A stretch of 64,000 nt of DNA from an uncultured Collinsella sp. Its GTDB lineage: Bacteria; Actinomycetota; Coriobacteriia; Coriobacteriales; Coriobacteriaceae. The notes beneath the pieces are model-generated. The model did not search any database and was not told the DNA's origin. It saw nothing but the letters and a program-made list of their open reading frames with translations. A program made the position numbers and the translations under genes. Numbering within the stretch: position 1 is the stretch's first letter; each line of letters starts with the position of its first letter. Below are positions 10,419 through 20,995 of the stretch, one piece after another. The stretch is from positions 12,616-76,615 of the forward strand of contig UQIG01000007.1 in NCBI GenBank assembly GCA_900541135.1. Reading direction: 5' to 3'.

Positions 10419-12377
10419 ATGGCGATTCGGGCGATGGGGCCGAGCGGACAATACGAGACTGGATTGGATGCTGCCGGTGCGGCGCTGCCCGAGCTGCTGG
10501 CGCCGGCGGGCGGGCTCGACCAGATGCTTGCGGCCATCGCCGCGGGTGCCGATGCCATCTATGCGGGGTTGGGCGGCTTTAACGCCCGCGTGAGCGCGCA
10601 TGGTTTTACGGATGACGAGTTTGCGCGCGGTTGTGCCGTGGCGCATGCTCATGGCGTGCGTGTGTACGTAACGCTCAACGTGTTCGTGTTTGACGATGAG
10701 CTGTCCGACGCGGTGGCGCTGGGAGCTCATGCACTGGAGCTGGGCGCCGATGCTCTGATTGTGGCCGATGCCGGGTTGGCCTGCGCGCTGCGCGCGGCGA
10801 TTCCCGGGGTCGAGATTCACCTGTCCACGCAGGCGGGCGCTCATAGCGAGGGTGCCGTGCGGCTTGCCACCGACGAGCTGGGGGTCGAGCGCGTGACGAC
10901 GGCACGCGAGCTGACGGTCGACGAGATTGCGGCGCTATGTGCCACGGGCGTGCCCATCGAGGTATTCTGCCACGGTGCGATTTGCATCGGCTATTCGGGG
11001 GCGTGCGAGTTCTCGGCCCTGCGGCGTGGGCGCTCGGCGATGCGCGGCGACTGCACACAGCCGTGCCGTCTGGCGTACGACCTAGTGGACGAGGCGGGGC
11101 AGAGTGTTGTTGCTGTCGAGGGAGATCGCCTGCTGTGCCCGCGCGACTATCTGGGTATTGCGCATCTGCCCGAGCTTGTAGATGCCGGCGTGGCGTCGCT
11201 CAAGATCGAGGGGCGCATGAAGAACCCCGATTACGTATTCAACGTGGTGCGGGTGTGGCGCCGGGCACTCGATATGCTGTGCGACGGCGCGTGGGGCCCC
11301 GGTGCCGTGGAAGAGCTTGAGCGCGAGCTGGGAAGGTCGTTTAACCGTGGGTTTACCGATGCGTACCTGCGAGGGCGTTCGGGTGCCGAGCTGATGAGCT
11401 TTGAGCGCGCAATTAACCAGGGCGTGCGCGTGGGGCGCTTGGTCGCTGTGGGCCACGAAGAGGTGACCGTTGAGCTCGACGCCGCCGTGGCGGCGGGTGA
11501 CACGCTCGAGATTCGGTTCTATCCGGGTGTCGACGCGCGTCCCGATGTGCCCAAGCGCTGGCCGCAGGTGCCCTGCCCGGTGGATGCCGCAGCGGGGAAG
11601 CGCGTCGTCGTGCATTGCAAGCGTAAGGTGGACGCGGGCTGCGAGGTATACCTGATTCGCAGCGCCGGCGTGTTGGATCAGACGGCGGCGGTGTTGGAGC
11701 GCATGCGGGCCGAGGCGGATGCGATTGCGCCCGTTGCGCGTGCCGTTGAGGTGCTGCCCTTTGAGGGCGTTGCGGTGGATGGTGGTGCGTCGACGGAGTT
11801 GGTGGAGTGCGCGGTTCCCGCTCGCATGGTTTTTGCTTGGCAGCTGATGGATGCCGACCCGCGCGGAGAACTCGATTTGTCCGACGCCGTTGTGGTGCTT
11901 GACGAAGTGTGCCGCACGGGTGACGCTGACCGGACCCGCTCACTGATGCAGCGTGCCGGGTGCGTCGTCTGCCGCAACCTGGGACAGGTGGTGATCGCTC
12001 GCGAGCTGGGCGTGACATTTGACGTGGCGGCGCCGGTGTTCTGCGCGAATCGGGCCACGCTTACCTGGCTGCGCGGACTCGGTGCGGGGCGGGTGTACTT
12101 GCCGGCCGAGTTGCTCGGCAATGATGCGGAGCGTATTGCCGAACTGGCTGCTGAACCCGGCGTCTTTGGTCCGGTCGACGCCGACCGTCCCGAGCTTATG
12201 GTGTGCGAGCACTGCCTGCTGACCGCCGAGGGCGTCTGCGCCACCGATGCGACGGGACAGGTCCGTTGCCGCGACTGCTTGCGTCGTCGGCAGGTACGCT
12301 ATCTGGTTGAGCGTGACGGTACACGTCTGCCAGTTGCCATTGACGCATGCGGCAGGACGAGGATTTTCCTGTCGTAG
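10419..12377 (+). CDS. Peptidase U32 family protein (RlhA/TrhP-like RNA hydroxylase)
   Basis: ELLAPAG, HGAICIGYSGAC, RGDCTQPCR, LKIEGRMK. Confidence 0.9.
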   Translation: MAIRAMGPSGQYETGLDAAGAALPELLAPAGGLDQMLAAIAAGADAIYAGLGGFNARVSAHGFTDDEFARGCAVAHAHGVRVYVTLNVFVFDDELSDAVALGAHALELGADALIVADAGLACALRAAIPGVEIHLSTQAGAHSEGAVRLATDELGVERVTTARELTVDEIAALCATGVPIEVFCHGAICIGYSGACEFSALRRGRSAMRGDCTQPCRLAYDLVDEAGQSVVAVEGDRLLCPRDYLGIAHLPELVDAGVASLKIEGRMKNPDYVFNVVRVWRRALDMLCDGAWGPGAVEELERELGRSFNRGFTDAYLRGRSGAELMSFERAINQGVRVGRLVAVGHEEVTVELDAAVAAGDTLEIRFYPGVDARPDVPKRWPQVPCPVDAAAGKRVVVHCKRKVDAGCEVYLIRSAGVLDQTAAVLERMRAEADAIAPVARAVEVLPFEGVAVDGGASTELVECAVPARMVFAWQLMDADPRGELDLSDAVVVLDEVCRTGDADRTRSLMQRAGCVVCRNLGQVVIARELGVTFDVAAPVFCANRATLTWLRGLGAGRVYLPAELLGNDAERIAELAAEPGVFGPVDADRPELMVCEHCLLTAEGVCATDATGQVRCRDCLRRRQVRYLVERDGTRLPVAIDACGRTRIFLS

Positions 12378-12473
12378 GTGCCGCGTCGCGTCAGTTTGTT
12401 ATCATAAGAGAGTTTATGGACTTCCAGCACCGCCGTTTTCGGCGAGGGTGCTATAGCAAAAGGAGGATACCCA

Positions 12474-13685
12474 ATGCTGTCTGTTGACGAGCAAATGCGT
12501 ATCATCACCTCGGGCGCCGCGCAGATCGTTCCCGAGGCCGACCTTCGCAAGAAGCTTGAGAAGGGCGAGCCCCTCAACATCAAGCTCGGCGTCGACCCCA
12601 CCAGCCCCGACTTGCACCTGGGCCATGCCGTGCCGCTGCGCAAGATGCGCCAGTTCCAGGACCTGGGCCACAACGTCACCCTCATCATCGGCAACGGTAC
12701 CGCGTTGATTGGTGACCCCTCGGGCAAGAACTCCACGCGTCCGCAGCTTTCGCAGGAGCAGATCGAGGCCAACGCCGAGACCTACGTGAGCCAGGCCATG
12801 AAGATCCTGGACCCCGAGAAGACCACCATCGTGCACAACGGCGATTGGATCCTTTCGATGGATCTGGCCGGCCTGCTGCAGGTGTGCTCCAAGTTCACCG
12901 TTGCCCGCATTCTTGAGCGCGACGACTTTACCAAGCGCTACCAGTCTCAGACGCCGATCGCCCTGCATGAGTTCCTGTATCCCGTGATGCAGGCTTTCGA
13001 CTCTGTGCAGATCAAGGCCGACGTGGAGATGGGCGGCACCGATCAGCTCTTCAACCTGCTCGCCGGCCGTGAGCTCATGGAGAAGATGGGTATGGAGCCC
13101 CAGATCGCGCTCACCATGCCGCTGCTCGAGGGCACCGATGGCGTTCGTAAGATGTCCAAGTCCTATGGCAACTACATCGGCCTGACCGACGCCCCCAAGG
13201 ATATGTTCGGCAAGACCATGTCCATCCCCGACGAGATGATCGGCAAGTACTATCGTCTGGCCAGCTCGCTCACCCCGGCCGAGGTCGACAAGATCGACGC
13301 CGCCCTGGCCGATGGTTCTGCCGACCCCTACGAGCTCAAGCGCGCTCTGGGCCGCGACCTGTGCGACACCTACCACGGCGCCGGTGCCGGCGACGAGGCT
13401 CAGGCCGAGTTCGACCGCGTGTTCAAGGAGGGCCAGCTCGCCGACTTCCCCGAGAAGCACGTTGAGCTGACTGTCAACGACGAGGGCCAGATCTACCTCG
13501 CCGGCCTGCTCAAGGACTTGGGTCTTTCGGCGAGCGCCGGCCAGGCTCGTCGCGATATCGACGGCGGCGGTGTCAAGATCAACGGCAAGGCCGTGGCTCC
13601 CAAGAGCTACAACATCGACCCTAGTGCCCTCAAGCTGGGCGACACCCTCTCCGTAGGCAAGCGCAAGGGCTTCAAGTTGGTCTAA
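12474..13685 (+). CDS. tyrS: Tyrosine--tRNA ligase
   Basis: DPTSPDLHLGH, KMSKS, C-terminal S4-like domain. Confidence 0.97.
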   Translation: MLSVDEQMRIITSGAAQIVPEADLRKKLEKGEPLNIKLGVDPTSPDLHLGHAVPLRKMRQFQDLGHNVTLIIGNGTALIGDPSGKNSTRPQLSQEQIEANAETYVSQAMKILDPEKTTIVHNGDWILSMDLAGLLQVCSKFTVARILERDDFTKRYQSQTPIALHEFLYPVMQAFDSVQIKADVEMGGTDQLFNLLAGRELMEKMGMEPQIALTMPLLEGTDGVRKMSKSYGNYIGLTDAPKDMFGKTMSIPDEMIGKYYRLASSLTPAEVDKIDAALADGSADPYELKRALGRDLCDTYHGAGAGDEAQAEFDRVFKEGQLADFPEKHVELTVNDEGQIYLAGLLKDLGLSASAGQARRDIDGGGVKINGKAVAPKSYNIDPSALKLGDTLSVGKRKGFKLV

Positions 13686-13712
13686 CGAGCGAGTTGACCT
13701 CACAAGTGCAAT

Positions 13713-13749
13713 AAGGCCGCAGCCGGGAATCCCGACTGCGGCCTTTTTT
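13713..13749 (+). terminator. Terminator after tyrS
   Basis: AAGGCCGCAGCCGGG/CCCGACTGCGGCCTT followed by a T run. Confidence 0.8.
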
Positions 13750-13959
13750 GGCACTTGGGGACGTTCCTTTTGTGCCGGCACTTTGGGACACTCCTTGTCA
13801 TTGGTGCAAAGCAACCTCTCCTCATTGCGCCAAGCGGCGTGTGCCGTTAAGCGGAGGGGCGTATTGTTGGCCCATCGTTTGGGCATACAATGGCTATTAG
13901 CTTGCTGCGGTGAAGGCCTGTCCGCTCCGCAGCTGTTTTCTACGGTTAAAGGAGTATGT

Positions 13960-15780
13960 ATGTCCGTTGAGGTCATGAGGTCTGTGATCGATGCTGCCGA
14001 GGGGCGCGTGCCCGTCGACACGCTGTTTACCAATGCGCAGATCGTCGACGTGTATGGCCAGCGTGTGGCGCCCGGTAGCGTTGCCGTCAAGGACGGTGTG
14101 ATCGTCGGCGTGCTCTACGATGGTCGCGACGATGCCGCTGGCGCCTACGAGTCAACTGAGGTCATCGACTGCCAAGGGCGCTATCTCGCTCCCGGTTTTA
14201 TTGACGGGCATCTGCATATCGAGTCTTCGAACATCCGTCCCGCCGAGTACGCTCGCATGGCCGCGACGCGCGGTACCACCACCGCCATTGCCGACAGCCA
14301 CGAGATTGCCAATGTTGCCGGTCTTGACGGCTTGCGCTTTATGATTGAGGACGGCCGCCGCGCACCCATCTCCATCAAGTACATGATGCCTTCGTGCGTG
14401 CCCGCGCTGCCCGACGAGCAAGCCGGTGCCGTTATTTCGGCTGCCGATATGCAGGCGTTTTTTGCCGAGCATCCGGGCGATGTCTTTGGTCTGGGCGAAA
14501 TGATGAACCTGCCGGGCGTCTTTATGGCCGACCCCGAGACCTGTGCTCGCATCGATGCTGCCAACCAGACGCCGTCCAAGCAGGTTGACGGCCACGCGCC
14601 GCTCGTTGCCGGTAAGGACCTCAATGCCTATGCCGCAGCGGGCATTATCGCCGACCACGAGTCGACGATTCCCGAGGAGGCACTCGACAAGCTGTCCCGC
14701 GGCATGTATGTGATGCTGCGTGAGGGCACGTGCAGCCACGACCTAGCCAATTTGTCCCCGATGCTGCTGGAGAATCCTGCCCGCGCCCGCCGCTGCTGCT
14801 TTGCGACCGACGACCGCGCTCCCTCCGATGCTCTTTCGACCGGCATGATCGACAATGCCTGCCGCGTGGCTATCGAGGCCGGTATCGACCCCGTGGTCGC
14901 CATCTCCATGGCGTCCCTTTCTACGGCTGAGGCATTTGGCCTGGACCACGGCTGCCGCGACCCGCACGAGCTTCGCGGCGCAATCGCCCCGGGCAAGCGC
15001 GCCGACCTGCTGTTGCTCGATGACCTGACGTTTGCCAAGGCTCCGCATCGTGTTTATGCCGCCGGTGCCCTGGTGGCGCAGGATGGCACCTTTGTGGGCG
15101 AGGTCGCACCCGAGACGGCCGAGGTCGCAGCGCTTGCCGATGAGCTGCGTGGTTCCGTTAAGCTGCCGAAGCTTTCGCTCGACGTATTCGATTATGCCTT
15201 TAAGCCGGGCGAGGCCGTTATCGATGTCATCCCGGGTATGGCTATCACGGGTATGGCCCGCCCCGAGAGCGCCGAGGACTTGCGTCGCATTATGCTTATC
15301 GAGCGCCATGGCCGCGGCGTGTCGCTGCAGGCCGAGGGCGTCGACGGCGACGGCCCCGCTGGCCTGGGCCTGGTTGGCAAGCATATCGGTCGCGGCTGGG
15401 TGCGTGGCTTTACCATCACCGGTGGTGCCATTGCCTCCACGATCGGCCACGACTCGCACAACGTGTGCGTGGTGGGCGACAACGCCGCCGATATGATGGC
15501 TGCCGTTGAGGCCGTGGGCCAGGGCGGCCACGTGCTGGTGCGCAACGGCGAGGTCGTGGCGCGCATTCCGCTGGCGCTCGGTGGCCTTATGAGCGAGGGT
15601 ACGGCCGAGGACGTTGCCGCGCAGCACGACGACTTTATGGTCAAGGCGCGCGCCATGGGTATTGAGCCGCCACTCGACCCCATCATGGGCATTATCTTCC
15701 TGCCCCTGCCGGTCATCCCGACGCTCCGCATCCGCCCCGAGGGCATGTTCGACGTCACAACCTTCACCTACGCCGACTAG
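13960..15780 (+). CDS. ade: Adenine deaminase
   Basis: PGFIDGHLHIESS, DSHEIANV, GEMMN, DGHAP, HDSHN. Confidence 0.93.
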   Translation: MSVEVMRSVIDAAEGRVPVDTLFTNAQIVDVYGQRVAPGSVAVKDGVIVGVLYDGRDDAAGAYESTEVIDCQGRYLAPGFIDGHLHIESSNIRPAEYARMAATRGTTTAIADSHEIANVAGLDGLRFMIEDGRRAPISIKYMMPSCVPALPDEQAGAVISAADMQAFFAEHPGDVFGLGEMMNLPGVFMADPETCARIDAANQTPSKQVDGHAPLVAGKDLNAYAAAGIIADHESTIPEEALDKLSRGMYVMLREGTCSHDLANLSPMLLENPARARRCCFATDDRAPSDALSTGMIDNACRVAIEAGIDPVVAISMASLSTAEAFGLDHGCRDPHELRGAIAPGKRADLLLLDDLTFAKAPHRVYAAGALVAQDGTFVGEVAPETAEVAALADELRGSVKLPKLSLDVFDYAFKPGEAVIDVIPGMAITGMARPESAEDLRRIMLIERHGRGVSLQAEGVDGDGPAGLGLVGKHIGRGWVRGFTITGGAIASTIGHDSHNVCVVGDNAADMMAAVEAVGQGGHVLVRNGEVVARIPLALGGLMSEGTAEDVAAQHDDFMVKARAMGIEPPLDPIMGIIFLPLPVIPTLRIRPEGMFDVTTFTYAD

Positions 15781-15822
15781 TCATCGGGGACGTTCTTAAA
15801 CGACTAGTCATCGGGGACACTC
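15775..15822. repeat. GGGGAC/GACTAGTC REP-like element
   Basis: GACTAGTCATCGGGGAC occurs twice; related copies at ~16792-16900, ~56608-56682 and ~13756-13790. Confidence 0.65.
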
Positions 15823-15986
15823 TTTGGCGGACTGCCTGACGCCGCGACCGTAGGACCTCTGGCATGTGTGAGCTATTTGCCAGGTCCTTGTAACGTTTAC
15901 GCCCGCGGAGTCTTATTTGAGCTCCCTTTGGGTACGTTGGAATCGGATACACGTTCGATTCCAACAAGTCCGAAGGGAGCTTTTCT

Positions 15987-16781
15987 ATGTTTAAACTGAT
16001 TGCATCCGATATGGACGGCACACTGCTTGACGAAAACGGCCAGGTGCCTCCCGAGACCTACGAACTGATTCTGGCGCTACACGAGCATGGCGTGCATTTC
16101 GCCGCATCGTCAGGTCGTCGCTACGATCGCCTGTGCGAGTTCTTTGCGCCCGTTCGCGACAAGATGGACTTTGTCGCCGCTAACGGCGCCCAGGTCTACG
16201 CCGACGGTAAGATGGTAGACCGTGAGGTGTATTCCCACCTAGCGATTCGAAGGCTCGCCCAAGCCGTCAGGACGTTTCCCAATCTGCATCTTGCGCTATT
16301 TGATCGAACCAAGTCCTTCCTGCTCGATGACGAGTGCAAGTTCGTGCGTGAGGTCGATAAGGACCTTCCCAATGCCGAGCGCATTTGGGAGCTGCCCGAT
16401 CCCAGCGTAAATATCATCAAGGCGAGTATCTTTTGCGATGACTGTGCCGTTATGGACAGTGCCTACGTACTGCAGCGCGAGCTTGGCCAGCTCTTTACCT
16501 TTGCGCCTTCTGGAAACGCATGGATCGATGCCATGCAGCCCGGTGTGTCGAAGGCCTCGGGTATTGCACAGCTCGCGGAGCATTACGGCATTGGGCGCGA
16601 CGAGGTCATGGCGTTTGGCGACTCGATGAACGACTACGAGATCATTCGCTTTGTCGGCACGGGCTGCGCGATGGAAAACGCGCGCCCTGCGCTCAGGGCG
16701 GTTGCCGATCGCGTGGTGGGTCGTAACCGCGACCACGCCGTTCAGCAGGAGCTCCGCCGCGTGCTAGAGGGCCTCGCTTAA
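15987..16781 (+). CDS. Cof-type HAD-IIB hydrolase
   Basis: DMDGTLL, FGDSMND. Confidence 0.92.
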   Translation: MFKLIASDMDGTLLDENGQVPPETYELILALHEHGVHFAASSGRRYDRLCEFFAPVRDKMDFVAANGAQVYADGKMVDREVYSHLAIRRLAQAVRTFPNLHLALFDRTKSFLLDDECKFVREVDKDLPNAERIWELPDPSVNIIKASIFCDDCAVMDSAYVLQRELGQLFTFAPSGNAWIDAMQPGVSKASGIAQLAEHYGIGRDEVMAFGDSMNDYEIIRFVGTGCAMENARPALRAVADRVVGRNRDHAVQQELRRVLEGLA

Positions 16782-16791
16782 TCCGGCAGCT

Positions 16792-16900
16792 GGGGACGTT
16801 CCCGTTCTGCCGGCAGTGGGGGACAGTCCTTGCAGCTTTTCACGAAGAGTGTCCCCAACGACTAGTCATTCAAGAACGTCCCCAATGACTACCAATGACT
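16792..16900. repeat. GGGGAC/GTCCCC REP-like cluster between convergent genes
   Basis: GGGGACGTTC, GGGGACAG, GTGTCCCC-AACGACTAGTCAT, GAACGTCCCC. Confidence 0.65.
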
Positions 16901-17741
16901 AGGCGAGGGCGGCCATGATGGTGCGGGCGACGCCGTCGTGGTCGTTGTCGAACTCGGTGATGGCGTCGGCGGCGTCGCGGTCTTCGGGCTCGCCGTTGAT
17001 CATGGCTATGCCGTGGCCTGCTGCCTGCAGCATGGGGATGTCGTTGATGTTGTCGCCGAACGCCCAGGCGTCGGCGAGACGCTCGCCCAAGTGCTCGCAT
17101 AGCCACGTGAGGGCCGTCCCCTTGGTGGCGCCCTCGCCCATGACCTCGATATTCATGGCGTACGAACGCGTGACCTCAATGCCTTCGAGCGTGTCGAGCG
17201 CCGCCGCGATGGCGTCGCGATCGGCCGGGTCGTGCCAGTACATGGCGATGCGTTCGAGTGTCTCGACCTCGTCGATCTTACTGTCGATATCCATGTCGAT
17301 CGGTGTTCGTGTGCGCTTGAGCGAAGCCGCGATGTGGGGGTCGCCGCCGCAGAACTCGTCTAGGCGCTCATAGAGCGAGCGGGGGAGGAAGCACTGGCCG
17401 TCGGCGAAGATATCGAAGGTCACATCGTGGCCGGCGGCGATGCGATGGATGCGATGGGCGATGCCACGGTCGAGCGGTCGGCTCAAGATACGTTTGGCGC
17501 GTGAGGCATCGGTAGGCGCATCTTCGTCGAGCTGCCAGACGCTGGCACCATTGGCGCAGACCGCGTAGTGCACGGCAGGATGGGCGAGGATAGGCTCAAA
17601 GATGCCCGACAGCGGGCGCCCCGTGCAGGGCACAAACTCAATACCGCGGCGCGCAAGCTCGTCGAGCATTGCCCAAGTGGCGTCGCTCATCTGCTTATCG
17701 CTCGTCAGCAGCGTTCCATCCATATCGGAAAACACAATCAT
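16899..17741 (-). CDS. Cof-type HAD-IIB hydrolase
   Basis: DMDGTLL, CTGR, FGDNIND. Confidence 0.92.
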   Translation of the reverse strand: MIVFSDMDGTLLTSDKQMSDATWAMLDELARRGIEFVPCTGRPLSGIFEPILAHPAVHYAVCANGASVWQLDEDAPTDASRAKRILSRPLDRGIAHRIHRIAAGHDVTFDIFADGQCFLPRSLYERLDEFCGGDPHIAASLKRTRTPIDMDIDSKIDEVETLERIAMYWHDPADRDAIAAALDTLEGIEVTRSYAMNIEVMGEGATKGTALTWLCEHLGERLADAWAFGDNINDIPMLQAAGHGIAMINGEPEDRDAADAITEFDNDHDGVARTIMAALA

Positions 17742-17828
17742 TCGCTGCGATCCTTTCTACTGGCATAAAAAGCGTGGCCGAGGGCGGTGATGCCCTGGCC
17801 ACGCTCGGGTTCTATAACGGTCTGCGTC

Positions 17829-19247
17829 CTAACGATCGGCGAGCGGCTTGTACTCCAGCGGCTCGATAACCGGGCGATACGCGGGACGGATGATGCGGTG
17901 CGCGCAGAAGAGCTCTTCCATGCGGTGTGCCGACCAGCCGGCCATGCGGGCGACGGCGAACAGCGGCGTAAAGAGCGTCTCGGGCACGCCGAGCATCTTG
18001 TAGATAAAGCCCGTGTACAGGTCGATGTTGGCGCAGATGGGCTTGGTCATGCCGTGATCGCGCATCACTTGCGGGGCCAGGCGCTCGATGCGCTCGATGA
18101 GCGCGAACTCCTCGCCCAGGTCCTTCTTGGCTGCCAGCGAGCGCGCGTAACGACGGCACACCTCGGCACGCGGGTCGCTCAGCGTGTAGACGGCGTGGCC
18201 CATGCCGTAGATGAGGCCCGTGCCGTCGAAGGCCTGCTTGTCGAGGATCTTGCTCAGGTAGGCTGCGACCTCGTCCTCGTCCTCCCAATTGGAGACATGC
18301 GCACGGATGTCCTCGTGCATGGACACGACCTTGGCGTTGGCGCCGCCGTGGCGCGGGCCCTTGAGCGAGCCGATAGCTGCGGCGTAGGCGGAATACGGAT
18401 CGGTGGCCGAGGAGGACAGCACGCGGCAGGCGAACGTGGAGTTATTGCCGCCGCCGTGCTCGGCATGCAGCATAAGCATCACGTCGAGCAGCATGGCCTC
18501 GTCGCGGGTGAATGCCATGCCGCCGCGCAACACCTGTAGGATGGTCTCAGCGGTGGAGAGGCCGGGTGTGGGGTGCGGCACATGAACCTCGGAGCCGCGG
18601 CGCTTGGCGACCGAGGCCATATGCGCGAAGGCGGCGATGCGGGGGAGACGGGCGAGCATGGAGATGGCGACGTCGATTTCGTGTTCGGGTGTAATGGCGT
18701 CGGGCTCGGCGTCGAAGGCGTAGAGCAGCAGCACGGCGCGCTGAAGCACATTCATGATGCTCGACGACACCGTGGTCATGGGGAACTCACGGACGTATTC
18801 GTCGCTCAGGTGCCTAAAAGCACCCAGGCGTCCGCAAAAACCGTCGAGTTCCTCTTTGGTGGGCAGCGAGCCCGTGATGAGCAGATAGGCGACCTCTTCG
18901 TAGCCGTAGCGGTTCTCGGCCTGGGCGTTGTTGACCAGATCCTCGATGCTGTAGCCACGAAGCGTGAGCTTGCCCTGATCGGGCACGACTTTGCCGTCGA
19001 CCTTGTTGTAGCCGTGCACGTCCGAGATGCGGGTAAGGCCCGCGACCACGCCCGAGCCGTCGGCATTGCGCAGGCCGCGCTTGACGTTGTGCTCTACGAA
19101 CAGGTCCTCGTCGTACGGGGCGGTCGGCAGGCCGTGGTAGAGGTTTTCGCTTTCGGGCGAAATCTGACGGCTCGCCTCGTAATCCAGAACCAGGCGGCTC
19201 AGGTGATCGTCGAAGCGGTAGTAGATTTTCTTGGCGTCGTAGGCCAT
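17829..19247 (-). CDS. gltA: Citrate synthase (citrate/2-methylcitrate synthase family)
   Basis: HAEHGGGNNST, GPRHGGAN, GMGHAVY..DPR, ANIDLY. Confidence 0.9.
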   Translation of the reverse strand: MAYDAKKIYYRFDDHLSRLVLDYEASRQISPESENLYHGLPTAPYDEDLFVEHNVKRGLRNADGSGVVAGLTRISDVHGYNKVDGKVVPDQGKLTLRGYSIEDLVNNAQAENRYGYEEVAYLLITGSLPTKEELDGFCGRLGAFRHLSDEYVREFPMTTVSSSIMNVLQRAVLLLYAFDAEPDAITPEHEIDVAISMLARLPRIAAFAHMASVAKRRGSEVHVPHPTPGLSTAETILQVLRGGMAFTRDEAMLLDVMLMLHAEHGGGNNSTFACRVLSSSATDPYSAYAAAIGSLKGPRHGGANAKVVSMHEDIRAHVSNWEDEDEVAAYLSKILDKQAFDGTGLIYGMGHAVYTLSDPRAEVCRRYARSLAAKKDLGEEFALIERIERLAPQVMRDHGMTKPICANIDLYTGFIYKMLGVPETLFTPLFAVARMAGWSAHRMEELFCAHRIIRPAYRPVIEPLEYKPLADR

Positions 19248-19324
19248 GCGCGCTCCTCTCCGGTTCGCTTTGGGGCCGCGCGCTTGGACGATATGACGTC
19301 AAGCTGCCCCGAGCGGCTTGTTCG

Positions 19325-19612
19325 CTACAGGCGGTACATAAAGTTAAAGACGTCCTCGCGCTGGATGGACACGTTGACGCCCGAAAGCTCGCCGGCCTCG
19401 GCCAGCGCCTTCTGCAGCTCGGCGAAGTCGAGCTTGGACTCGGCGGTGTCGGCCAGCATGGTCATGGTGAAGATGTCCTCGATAATGGACTGCGTGATGT
19501 CGCGGATGTCGACGTTGGCCTCGCCCAAAACGCGGGTGACGCCGGCGACGATGCCGGGGCGGTTCTTGCCAAGGACGGTGATGACGATGCGGGAGGACGA
19601 GATCTCGGCCAT
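19325..19612 (-). CDS. ACT domain protein (UPF0237-like)
   Basis: VITVLGKNRPGIVA...DITQSI...QREDVFNFM. Confidence 0.88.
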   Translation of the reverse strand: MAEISSSRIVITVLGKNRPGIVAGVTRVLGEANVDIRDITQSIIEDIFTMTMLADTAESKLDFAELQKALAEAGELSGVNVSIQREDVFNFMYRL

Positions 19613-19789
19613 GGGAAACCCTTTCGCGTGGTTGCGGCGCGCGCGGGGCGCTCCGCTACGGTACAGTGTTCATCATTGTACCTGTCTGGCGCAAAAAAGG
19701 CGCGCTCGCTGCGGCGTTACATGCCTGCAACATGAGCGTAAGGGGGAAGGCCGTACGGGGAAGAGCCGTCTGGCGCGTGTCCGGCTCGT

Positions 19790-19857
19790 GTTGGGTTGAT
19801 TTCCGATCTCAGCCGAACACATTGAGCGGACAGGCTGTTCCCGCAGTCAGCTGAACG
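19790..19857 (+). repeat. Left direct repeat (att-like)
   Basis: Core GGTTGATTTCCGATCTCAGCCGAACACATTGAGCGGA at 19794-19830 is identical to 27048-27084; 63/68 overall. Confidence 0.9.
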
Positions 19858-20008
19858 CCTCCGACGGCTGATTCCGAACTGGAAGCGGAGGGCATCCCCG
19901 CCCTTCGGTAGGGGATACCGCTCCGCGGCGCATGCCGCGGGCGGCGCCCCTATCGGACCACCGTGACCTCAGTTGGGATGGGCCCAGCACTGCCGCGTAC
20001 TCGGTGAG

Positions 20009-20734
20009 CTAGAGCCAACTGTTCGTCTTCACGTCGCGTATGGCGATATTTCGGTCGTCCGGCTCGGTGATGCCGTAGCCGAACGCCTGGAGCGTCTCGA
20101 TGGACTCCTGGATCCTCTGTTGGAACATGGGACCCGGATCGACCCTCGGCCCGAGGTGCCCGCGCCAAAGGCACGGCGTGGCGCGCAGCATGTTATGGAT
20201 TTTGGAGATGGGCTCGATGTCGGCGTAGACGTTGAACGTCGCCATGGCGTCCTTGTGGCCGAGGATCGATTGGAGCGCCTTGATATCGCCGCCTTGGCGG
20301 ATCCACTGCGTTGCGAACGTGTGGCGAAGGCCGTGGAACGTGATCAGCTCGTCGTTGGTGCCCATGAGGCCGTTGGTCTCCGAGAACGTCTTGAACGCCC
20401 TGCGGATATAGCTTGTCGTCGCGAAGGTCGCGCCCGGCTCCGACAGGATGTAGCAGTCCCCGATCTCGACCGCCCCGGTAAGGCCGCGCAAGCGCAGCTT
20501 TCCGCAGTCGATCTCGTGGGTCTCCTTCAGGAAGGGGAGTAGGCCGACCGGGTCGATGGGGATACCCCTGGCGTCATGGGTCTTGGTGTCCTTGATGAAC
20601 GAACCCATTCCCTTCGCGTACGCCACCGAGTGTCTGATCGAGATCAGGCCCGTCTCGAAATCCACATCGCACCACCGAAGGCCGCAGACCTCGCCGATTC
20701 GCATCCCCGTGTGCAGGGCGAGTACGACCGCCCT
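20009..20734 (-). pseudogene. Tyrosine integrase, catalytic C-terminal half only (5'-truncated)
   Basis: AVVLALHTGMRIGEVCGLRW, KDTKT, FHGLRH, LGH, NVY; no N-terminal domains; frame is open up to the TAG of the upstream gene. Confidence 0.85.
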
Positions 20735-20986
20735 CTAATCCTCGGCGGACCAATCGAGTCCGAACTCCTTTCGGGCATCCTCTTCGCTCATGACTTCGAG
20801 AAGGTCTCCGGGTTGGCAACGAAGGGCGAGGCATAGCTGCTCGAGTGTGTTGAAGCGAATGCCGCGAATATGCCCTTTTTTAATACGGGACAGGTTCACG
20901 GGCGTGGTTCCAATCCTTTCGGCAAGTTCGTTCGAGGAAATCTTTCGCTCGGCCATGATCTTGTCGAGGCGAACAATTACGGGCAT
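20735..20986 (-). CDS. XRE/Cro-family HTH regulator (YozG-like)
   Basis: VRLDKIMAERKISSNELAERIG...IRFNTLEQLC..L.CQPGDLL. Confidence 0.9.
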   Translation of the reverse strand: MPVIVRLDKIMAERKISSNELAERIGTTPVNLSRIKKGHIRGIRFNTLEQLCLALRCQPGDLLEVMSEEDARKEFGLDWSAED

Positions 20987-20995
20987 GGCGTTTCC

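Noticed and set aside
12378..12473. T-box leader upstream of tyrS
   Set aside because: The intergenic region is under 100 nt and has no T-box motif.
13790..13959. Purine riboswitch upstream of ade
   Set aside because: No recognisable purine aptamer core.
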